From a virus (taxonomy: Duplodnaviria; Caudoviricetes): 56,244 bases of DNA. Positions 38,841 to 45,986 of this stretch are shown piece by piece. Under the pieces are notes generated by a model that worked only from the letters and a program-made list of their open reading frames with translations, ran no database searches and was not told the origin of the DNA. A program made the translations under genes and the position numbers. The stretch lies in IMG/VR virus record IMGVR_UViG_3300030419_002488, positions 1 through 56,244 of that record, one strand, 5' to 3'. How positions within the stretch are numbered: position 1 is the first letter of the stretch; each line of letters opens with the position of its first letter.

Positions 38841-39002
38841 ATGAACTTAAAACCAAAATCAAAAACAAAAGTTTTGGAAGTTGTAAACCTTATATTTGAT
38901 TGCTTTTTTGATCACAAACCAAATACAAAACATCTGGATTATAATTTTCAAAAACAAATAACAATTGTTGAAACTTACTTAAAAAAAAGATTGGAGATTT
39001 GA
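38841..39002 (+). CDS. Small hypothetical protein
   Basis: GGAG RBS; MNLKPKSKTKV... Confidence 0.55.
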   Translation: MNLKPKSKTKVLEVVNLIFDCFFDHKPNTKHLDYNFQKQITIVETYLKKRLEI

Positions 39003-39146
39003 ATGAGTAAAGTATTTAAGTTGAATATTAAAGACTATAAAAAGTTGGAAAATCTCTTACATTCTTGGTGGGTTAGTTTACCCAATGAAATGCAACAAGA
39101 GATTAGAAAATTTTATGATAACCCTAAAACTTTTAAGGTGGAGTAG
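39003..39146 (+). CDS. Small hypothetical protein
   Basis: GGAG RBS; MSKVFKLNIKDY... Confidence 0.55.
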   Translation: MSKVFKLNIKDYKKLENLLHSWWVSLPNEMQQEIRKFYDNPKTFKVE

Positions 39147-39150
39147 AAAA

Positions 39151-39486
39151 ATGAAAGCAATTAACATTGACACCAGTATTGAAGCACTTGAGAAAGTTAG
39201 CAACAATGCTAGGCAAAAACACAACACCAGTCGTTCAGCAATTCGCATACATGAATTGTCGGTTGATTTGTCAAAAGCGTGGCAAAAATACAAGGTTAAT
39301 CTGGATTTATTTGTCCATAAAGAACTGGTTGTATTTGTCATTAAAAATTCTAGTAATGGGTTAAAATTAAAATCTATTGTTAGAAGATCTGGGTTACCAG
39401 TTGCCAAAGTAAAAGATATTTTAAAAGATTTAAATGAACTAAATGTTATTTCAACGATACGCAATAAATACCAGTTGAAAAAATAA
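39151..39486 (+). CDS. Winged-helix DNA-binding protein
   Basis: GGAG RBS before ATG 39151; GLKLKSIVRRSGLPVAKVKDILKDL...KYQL resembles an IclR-type wHTH. Confidence 0.6.
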   Translation: MKAINIDTSIEALEKVSNNARQKHNTSRSAIRIHELSVDLSKAWQKYKVNLDLFVHKELVVFVIKNSSNGLKLKSIVRRSGLPVAKVKDILKDLNELNVISTIRNKYQLKK

Positions 39487-39489
39487 TAA

Positions 39490-39518
39490 TTGACAGGTTT
39501 TTTAAAATACTATCTAAT
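39490..39518 (+). promoter_or_regulatory. Sigma70-type promoter
   Basis: TTGACA-17nt-TCTAAT. Confidence 0.55.
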
Positions 39519-39520
39519 TG

Positions 39521-39552
39521 GGGTTAGGTTAGAAATTAATCTAACCCTTTTT
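39521..39552 (+). terminator. Hairpin with T-tract
   Basis: GGGTTAGGTTA-GAAAT-TAATCTAACCC-TTTTT. Confidence 0.6.
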
Positions 39553-39568
39553 AATTGGAGTAATAAAA

Positions 39569-40069
39569 ATGACTACTAACAAAGTAAATGAAAACTGGTG
39601 GAAGTGTAGCGATACCAATAAAACAGAAATACAAGCGTATCAGCGTTATTTAGATGAAAATAACGATCCTGTTAAGGTTGGGGGGTTTCATATCGAGATG
39701 GGGTTTACCATTTTTGAAACTTGGGCGGATTTACATATCAATGTTTACGATGCGGAAGACAAGTTAAAAGATCAGGTTGTTATTAAAACTACCCTTGATC
39801 AAATTGTTAAGGTTAAACCAACGAAACGATCTATCCTTATAAGTAAAAAAGAAGCGGATAAATATAAACATTCGGTTGAAATGGGTAGATTTCACTTTTA
39901 TGACTTTTTACCAGATACAACTATCATGAAAGATAAACTATTTGATGAAAGTGAAGTAAAGAAAGCAAAAGAACATATTAATAATGGTAAGTTAAAAGTT
40001 GTGAAAGCAATAAAAGAACAGAACCAGATTGATTTGGAAGACTTAATAAAAGAAAAACAGGGGGTTTAA
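39569..40069 (+). CDS. Hypothetical protein
   Basis: GGAG RBS; C-term QIDLEDLI. Confidence 0.75.
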   Translation: MTTNKVNENWWKCSDTNKTEIQAYQRYLDENNDPVKVGGFHIEMGFTIFETWADLHINVYDAEDKLKDQVVIKTTLDQIVKVKPTKRSILISKKEADKYKHSVEMGRFHFYDFLPDTTIMKDKLFDESEVKKAKEHINNGKLKVVKAIKEQNQIDLEDLIKEKQGV

Positions 40070-40071
40070 CA

Positions 40072-40338
40072 ATGAAAGTATTTAACATGGTTTCAAGTAA
40101 AGGCAATAAGATTGCTAACCAGTTTATTATTAACGATGAATATAATAACCAGTTGTTTCAATCTTATAATTCAATTATTGCAAAGCGTTATACCAACGGC
40201 ATGGTTGAACTTGATAAAAAGTATTGGAACTTTTCAAAAACGACTAGCAAATATCGTAATATGTTTCTTGATGAAAGTAATCAGGAAACTAACTGGAAAG
40301 TTAAAATTGGCGTTTATAAGTTAGTTGATTTAAATTAA
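40072..40338 (+). CDS. Phage hypothetical protein
   Basis: ANQF, FQSYNSIIA, SKTTSKYRNMFL motifs. Confidence 0.75.
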   Translation: MKVFNMVSSKGNKIANQFIINDEYNNQLFQSYNSIIAKRYTNGMVELDKKYWNFSKTTSKYRNMFLDESNQETNWKVKIGVYKLVDLN

Positions 40339-40363
40339 AACAAATACGATTTCCTCCGAGATT

Positions 40364-40396
40364 AACCCTCTAACATAGTTTAGGGGGTTTTTCTTT
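40364..40396 (+). terminator. Rho-independent terminator closing the early block
   Basis: AACCCTCTAA-CATAGT-TTAGGGGGTT-TTTCTTT. Confidence 0.75.
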
Positions 40397-40870
40397 GGGT
40401 TAAACCTTAATTAATAGATAAATGATTAATATAAAAGAATAAATAAAAGGTTGGTTGTTTAGGTTATTACTCGCAATATAACCCTTGAATAAACCCTTTT
40501 AGGATTAGTTGTGCAATTAACTTAATGACAAATAGCATTACATGGGCGTATGCGTGATGCAATTCAGCAATATAATATGGTGGGTTAATGTGTTGGGGTT
40601 GGTTTTTGCCTATGGTTTATTATCATTGATGGGTTGACGACAAATCAGAAAGTCGCAGAAATACTTATTGTGTGCATACGCAAGGGACACCCCACCCCCC
40701 ACCGCATTTGCATGTAATGTCGCCATATTTTTACGTAAATTAGTTACTTGTACAACTATGTGGGCATACCCTTTAGGTAACCCTATATTAAAACGGGGCG
40801 GGGGCATACCCTTTCTCTATACTGATAACAGTTAATTTGGGGGGTGTATATATATCCCGGAGGTTTACAC
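40397..40870. other. Largest non-coding region; candidate genome end/packaging site or origin
   Basis: No convincing ORF, G/C homopolymer runs, GGGCATACCCTTT twice; lies just upstream of the terminase genes. Confidence 0.45.
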
Positions 40871-40874
40871 TCCG

Positions 40875-40903
40875 ATTGTACTAACCAAATCACGATCTGT
40901 CAA
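40875..40903 (-). promoter_or_regulatory. Leftward sigma70-type promoter
   Basis: Minus strand TTGACA-17nt-TACAAT. Confidence 0.65.
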
Positions 40904-40929
40904 GATTTTTTTAATTTATTTTTATTTTC

Positions 40930-40958
40930 TTGACTATTTCTGTATAAATCACTATTAT
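40930..40958 (+). promoter_or_regulatory. Sigma70-type promoter for the packaging/structural operon
   Basis: TTGACT-17nt-TATTAT. Confidence 0.65.
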
Positions 40959-41068
40959 AGTGGTAACAAAGCATTAATTAAAGCACATACAACCAAGTAT
41001 TATAGTAGTTTTAACCGTGTATTTGGCTTTATTAATTAATCCTTTGTATTTTTATTGAAAGAAAACCT

Positions 41069-41290
41069 ATGTTTGAAGCATTTGTACTCGCTTGTCTTTG
41101 GGGTTCACCTATTTCGCCGCAAACATGCCAAGAATTAAGAGACATACGGGGACCATACATAACAAAAGAACAGTGTAAAATGAGAGTTGACGAGATTGTA
41201 GACGACATACCAGTCTACAAACCGTACTTGCAACCTCGAGGATATCGTTGTGACAAATCTACTACCAAAACAACCAAGCAAAGAACGTGA
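41069..41290 (+). CDS. Small Cys-containing protein with hydrophobic N-terminus
   Basis: MFEAFVLAC...C...GPY...C...C. Confidence 0.65.
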   Translation: MFEAFVLACLWGSPISPQTCQELRDIRGPYITKEQCKMRVDEIVDDIPVYKPYLQPRGYRCDKSTTKTTKQRT

Positions 41291-41660
41291 AATAACTCCC
41301 CAACAAGAAGAGTTCCTTACAAACCTCTTTGAAAATGGCGGAAACATAACCGACGCTGCAGTTAAAGCAGGTTACGCACGGGGTACAACCACGTGGTTAC
41401 GCAACACTCTTGCTGACGAAATTATCAGACGTACACAAAACGTCTTATCTATGAACGCATACAAGGCTGCATCACGTCTTGTAAGCACAATTGACAACCC
41501 AACACCCGAAAGAGGAGACGATCTACGCTTTAGGGCTGCAGAATCGCTTTTAAACAGAGTTGGACTGGGAAAACAAGAAACAACCAACGTAAACGTACAA
41601 GCAGTACACGGAATAGTTTTGTTGCCGCCTAAAAAAGAAGTCGTAATTGATGGAAATTGA
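41250..41660 (+). CDS. Terminase small subunit
   Basis: ITPQQEEFL...GNITDAAVKAGY HTH, AAESLLNRVG, LLPPK; upstream of TerL. Confidence 0.75.
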   Translation: MTNLLPKQPSKEREITPQQEEFLTNLFENGGNITDAAVKAGYARGTTTWLRNTLADEIIRRTQNVLSMNAYKAASRLVSTIDNPTPERGDDLRFRAAESLLNRVGLGKQETTNVNVQAVHGIVLLPPKKEVVIDGN

Positions 41661-41772
41661 ATGGTGGCAAGCTCTTTTAGTTACAATGGTATCAATCAAC
41701 ACAACAATTAACCTCATTGTATTCTTCAGAGGTAGAAAAGTATTTAAAAAAAAGGAAATGATTGATGGCTGA
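41650..41772 (+). CDS. Single-TM micro-protein (40 aa; not in ORF track)
   Basis: MEIEWWQALLVTMVSINTTINLIVFFRGRK. Confidence 0.55.
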   Translation: MEIEWWQALLVTMVSINTTINLIVFFRGRKVFKKKEMIDG

Positions 41773-42088
41773 TTATAAAGCATATTATCAAAACAAAAAA
41801 GAAGCTGATAAAAAAGCAAGTAAAACAAATTATCAGCGACCAAGAAAAACTGATTACGTAGAAATAGAAAATAGACCCGGATACAGACCAACTGGTGTTC
41901 CCGGTGGGGGAGGTGCTGCTTTGTGGATAGCTTCTAAATTTGGAGCATTTGACAAAAAAGTAAGTGCAACACGCCCACCTGATCAAGTAGGAATAAATCC
42001 AAAAACTAAAACGTATAAAACAGGATCAAAAAAAGAAAAGAAGGCGGGTAAGCTAAAAAAATTATTTGGTGCAAAACCCGCAAATTAA
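41765..42088 (+). CDS. Basic hypothetical protein
   Basis: AAGGA RBS, Lys-rich. Confidence 0.6.
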   Translation: MADYKAYYQNKKEADKKASKTNYQRPRKTDYVEIENRPGYRPTGVPGGGGAALWIASKFGAFDKKVSATRPPDQVGINPKTKTYKTGSKKEKKAGKLKKLFGAKPAN

Positions 42089-42089
42089 T

Positions 42090-43775
42090 ATGACCGAACA
42101 ACCGAAGCGTGGGAGACCCAAGAAAGATCCCAACGCACCTAAATCATCCTATTATTATTCCTTTGCAGTAAAGGCACGTAAACAATCACAAAAGAGGTTA
42201 CGAGATGCCAAAAAAAGAGCAGAAAAGGTTACGAAGCAGGCTGAAAGCAAACGTAGGTACGCACGAAAGCTTGAAGAAAAAATTACGAAAGTCGAGAAAG
42301 GACTCACCAGTAATGAAACCACACTTATTGATAAAGCAGATTTGGAAAGTTTGCCTAACGCCGTTGAACAACTTGTGGATGGGCGTGAAATTATTTTTAA
42401 ACCAAATGAAGGACCTCAAGAAGAATTTCTTTCCTCGAGTGAAAGAGATGTTTTGTACGGCGGTTCAGCAGGGGGCGGAAAAAGTTTTGCCTTACTTACA
42501 GACCCCCTTAGGTATTGCCATAACGGCAACCATCGTGGGCTTCTTCTTAGGCGTACTCTGGATGAGTTAACCGAACTCATAGACAAATCACGACAGCTTT
42601 ACCCTAAAGCGTTTCCCGGTGCAAAATTTAGGGAATCAAAATCAACGTGGCATTTTCCATCGGGAGCAACCATTTGGTTTACGTACCTAGATAAAGACAA
42701 AGACGTAACTCGATTTCAAGGGCAGTCGTTTAACTGGATCGGCATAGACGAAATAACCCAATACCCAACACCATACGTTTGGGATTATCTTCGTTCACGA
42801 CTTCGTGCAACTGATCCCGAGTTACAAAATAATTTGTATATGCGTTGCACAGCCAATCCGGGTGGAGTTGGTGGTTGGTGGGTAAAAAAGATGTATATTG
42901 ACCCATCAGATCACAATTCTACGTTTCCTGCAGTAGACATCGAAACAGGAAAACCATTTTTGTGGCCCAATGGTCACGACAAAGCGGGGCAACCATTATT
43001 TTATCGCAGGTTCATTCCTGCCCGTTTAACTGACAACCCATACCTGTTAGCAGACGGACAATACGAAGCGATGTTGCGTTCACTTCCTGAAGTTGAACGT
43101 AAACGATTGCTCGAAGGAGACTGGGAAGTCACGGAAGGTGCAGCGTTCCCAGAATTTTCAAGGAGTAAACATGTTACACCGCCTTTTGAGTTACCTACCA
43201 ACTTCCCACGAATACGTGCCGCCGACTACGGCTACTCGAGTCCGTCGTGCGTTCTTTGGGGGGCTATTGACTGGGATAATAATATCTGGGTTTATCGTGA
43301 ATTATACGTAAAACACTTGACAGCAGAGCAGTTAGCCGATAGAATACTAGAAACAGAAGAAGACGACCCAACACCACACTATACAGTCCTTGACTCTTCG
43401 TGTTGGAACAAAACAGGATTTGGTCCTTCGATAGCCGAAACAATGATGAGATCAGGAGTGCGTTGGTTGCCCTCTGATCGAAACCGACTTCAAGGAAAAA
43501 TGGAAATACATCGTAGGCTTGCCGATGACCCTCGAACAAACGAACCTCGACTACGAATATTTCCGAATTGTGTCAACCTTATCAAGCAACTGGCAGGTAT
43601 ACCTCTTAGCAAAACAAATGCAGAGGATGTTGATACAAAGGCAGAAGATCACGCATACGATGCACTAAGGTATATGTTAATGACAAGAACAACAGGATAC
43701 GTTTCAATACACAAGTCCTTACAAGGAATTAAAAATCAGGTGTACCAAGTACACGATCAAACATTTGGATATTAA
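42090..43775 (+). CDS. terL: Terminase large subunit
   Basis: YGGSAGGGKS Walker A, IGIDE Walker B, TANPGG, DYGY, EDHAYDALRY. Confidence 0.95.
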   Translation: MTEQPKRGRPKKDPNAPKSSYYYSFAVKARKQSQKRLRDAKKRAEKVTKQAESKRRYARKLEEKITKVEKGLTSNETTLIDKADLESLPNAVEQLVDGREIIFKPNEGPQEEFLSSSERDVLYGGSAGGGKSFALLTDPLRYCHNGNHRGLLLRRTLDELTELIDKSRQLYPKAFPGAKFRESKSTWHFPSGATIWFTYLDKDKDVTRFQGQSFNWIGIDEITQYPTPYVWDYLRSRLRATDPELQNNLYMRCTANPGGVGGWWVKKMYIDPSDHNSTFPAVDIETGKPFLWPNGHDKAGQPLFYRRFIPARLTDNPYLLADGQYEAMLRSLPEVERKRLLEGDWEVTEGAAFPEFSRSKHVTPPFELPTNFPRIRAADYGYSSPSCVLWGAIDWDNNIWVYRELYVKHLTAEQLADRILETEEDDPTPHYTVLDSSCWNKTGFGPSIAETMMRSGVRWLPSDRNRLQGKMEIHRRLADDPRTNEPRLRIFPNCVNLIKQLAGIPLSKTNAEDVDTKAEDHAYDALRYMLMTRTTGYVSIHKSLQGIKNQVYQVHDQTFGY

Positions 43776-43779
43776 ATAA

Positions 43780-45747
43780 ATGGCGGCAGGAACACAAGCA
43801 TATATAGTAGATCAAGATTATGATCCTAGAACTATTACTTTGGAAGAATGGCTTTCTATGTTTGAAAAAGAAAGCACTGAAACTGGTGGTAGACAAAATA
43901 AAACTTGGGGTAATTTAATAAGAAATAATAAAATTACCAAAAAATATTTAAATCAACCTGTCATAACATTATTTGGTGCAGTTCCATCTGAATCACAAAG
44001 TATATTGGCTGACATTCAAAATGCTGCAGGTAAGCAAGCCAGTACTGTACAATCTAAATTTAGAGTAATAGAAGCAAACATATTTCCTAAATTAGCCGTG
44101 CTTGGTAAAAAAGAAGGGGTTAATTTATTATCAGGTTATACAAAAATATCTGAAGAAGTTAAAAAACTACAAACTAGAGGGGGAAAATTTACAGCTACTA
44201 AAGGTTTTAATGTATCTAAAATTGGGGAACTTGTAAAAAATCTACAAGAACACGTAAAAAAATTTCCAGAAGATAAACCCATAGCAAACGCAATTATTTT
44301 TAATTTAGAAAATGGAAGCAGACCAAGTTTAACAACAGAACTAAGAACTGTCCATTACATACCAAATCAGCTTGGAGAAACAGGAGCTGCAATGGGTTTT
44401 ACAGGCAGGGATGGTTTACTAATACAAGCAGGAACTAAAGGCGTTAAAAGACAAGCAAAGGGTCAAGCTCCGAATATACAACCTTACAATGCCCCTTTAT
44501 CAAAAAGAGGTATAACTATACTCCAAGATCAAAGTGATTATAATTCTAAAATTATAGGAGATAACAAAAAGTTAGATTTTTTCTTTCAAGTATTAGATAA
44601 AAAAGGTAACCCCAGACCAATCACTTTATCTGACATAAACAGAGTTCTTGATAAAACCAGTCCTGTTGGGTTGTTGGTAGAATACACAAAGACGGGAACA
44701 AAACCTTTAAAAACTCCAATAACAGCAAAAAATTTAAGAAATCTATTTATAAACTCAGCAAGTCTTGCTATAAAAAATAAAGAAAACATATCTATGTTAA
44801 CTAATAGAGATGTTTCAGTAAATACAGGGTCACAAGATATTTATATAGGTAAACCCGGACAATACAATCAAGGTGCTATAGACGATTTAGATAGAATAAG
44901 CCAAACAAATTGGGGATTCTTTACTTTACTTGATAAAGAAAATAAACAAATTTACGATCAGTCTGGAGATATGTTAAATCCAAATTCTTTTATATTTGGT
45001 AAAAATGAAATAAATCCTGAAACAAAAACATTCGTTCCAGACAACAAAGAATATACAAAGTTTATGGATGCAAATCCAAAAGAAATTTCTATACAAACAA
45101 AAGGATTTTCTCCGCCACTAGAAGAAGACTTAATAGAAAGTGAATCTAAAATGGTAAAAGGTGGTGGAGACATAATTTCTCCCAATAATTTTTCAGATGG
45201 ATTAAAAGAAAAATTAGCAAAGAAAAATATAAAACTTGGAAGTGGAAAATTAAAATCTGTAGATCCGTTTTCTATAGGTTTAGGAATAGGAGCAGGTGTT
45301 GAACTGCTAGACAATGCGGGAGAAATTGTTGCAGAAGAAGCCACTACATCAACAATTGGTGCAGCGGCGACCAGAACAATGCCTAGATTAATGCAAACCG
45401 CAGCAGGAAGAGCATTACCTGTAGCAGGTGCAGGATTTGTTTTTCCAACTTCTCCTACAAGTGTAGATGAGATAGAAGGTTTTGCAAGACAAGACATAGA
45501 TAGACGTTTTGGTGGTATAGATCAAATGGACACATCTCAAGAAAAACAAATATACAGAGATGATCCTAGAGTAAGGAGAGGTACAGGAATGTATGACCCT
45601 TCATACTTACCAACCCGTGATCCAAGTGATCCTCTGAGTGACGAAGCTCAAAGAGAAAGATTTCTAGCACGAGCTAGAGAAAAAGCAAGTTCAGGAGTAC
45701 GTGGATTTGTTCAAAAAGCAGAAAAGCAAAAACAAGCAGGGAGATAA
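43780..45747 (+). CDS. Protein with a tyrosine recombinase/TopIB-like catalytic domain and long C-terminal extension
   Basis: NGSRPS..TEL (R181), TK (K220), TAKNLRNLF (K317/R320), SQDIY (Y355). Confidence 0.55.
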   Translation: MAAGTQAYIVDQDYDPRTITLEEWLSMFEKESTETGGRQNKTWGNLIRNNKITKKYLNQPVITLFGAVPSESQSILADIQNAAGKQASTVQSKFRVIEANIFPKLAVLGKKEGVNLLSGYTKISEEVKKLQTRGGKFTATKGFNVSKIGELVKNLQEHVKKFPEDKPIANAIIFNLENGSRPSLTTELRTVHYIPNQLGETGAAMGFTGRDGLLIQAGTKGVKRQAKGQAPNIQPYNAPLSKRGITILQDQSDYNSKIIGDNKKLDFFFQVLDKKGNPRPITLSDINRVLDKTSPVGLLVEYTKTGTKPLKTPITAKNLRNLFINSASLAIKNKENISMLTNRDVSVNTGSQDIYIGKPGQYNQGAIDDLDRISQTNWGFFTLLDKENKQIYDQSGDMLNPNSFIFGKNEINPETKTFVPDNKEYTKFMDANPKEISIQTKGFSPPLEEDLIESESKMVKGGGDIISPNNFSDGLKEKLAKKNIKLGSGKLKSVDPFSIGLGIGAGVELLDNAGEIVAEEATTSTIGAAATRTMPRLMQTAAGRALPVAGAGFVFPTSPTSVDEIEGFARQDIDRRFGGIDQMDTSQEKQIYRDDPRVRRGTGMYDPSYLPTRDPSDPLSDEAQRERFLARAREKASSGVRGFVQKAEKQKQAGR

Positions 45748-45749
45748 TA

Positions 45750-45971
45750 ATGCCTAACAATGACTACAATTATGGACCATCTTATGTTATGAACTCAGAT
45801 AAGACATCTCATAACGACCCGATGGGTTCTAATCAGTTATACAGGGAAAAGAAAGAGTTCTCAACTAAAATTGATGGTAACGCTTTACAGGTAGACATGC
45901 CAAAGAAGCAAACTAAACCAACAGTTGAAGCATCTTTCAACAAAATGGCTGACGATAAAAACTACTTCTAA
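45750..45971 (+). CDS. Small hypothetical protein upstream of the portal
   Basis: GGGAG RBS. Confidence 0.7.
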   Translation: MPNNDYNYGPSYVMNSDKTSHNDPMGSNQLYREKKEFSTKIDGNALQVDMPKKQTKPTVEASFNKMADDKNYF

Positions 45972-45986
45972 TTAAGGTAAAAATTA

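Noticed and set aside
40610-40807. 65-aa minus-strand ORF as a protein gene
   Set aside because: Composition is atypical and the purine run is too close to the ATG. Not excluded, but not supportable.
43780-45747. Canonical prophage integrase implying lysogeny
   Set aside because: It lacks the HxxR and LGH motifs, lies in the late operon, and I saw no att/tRNA-like site or repressor cassette.
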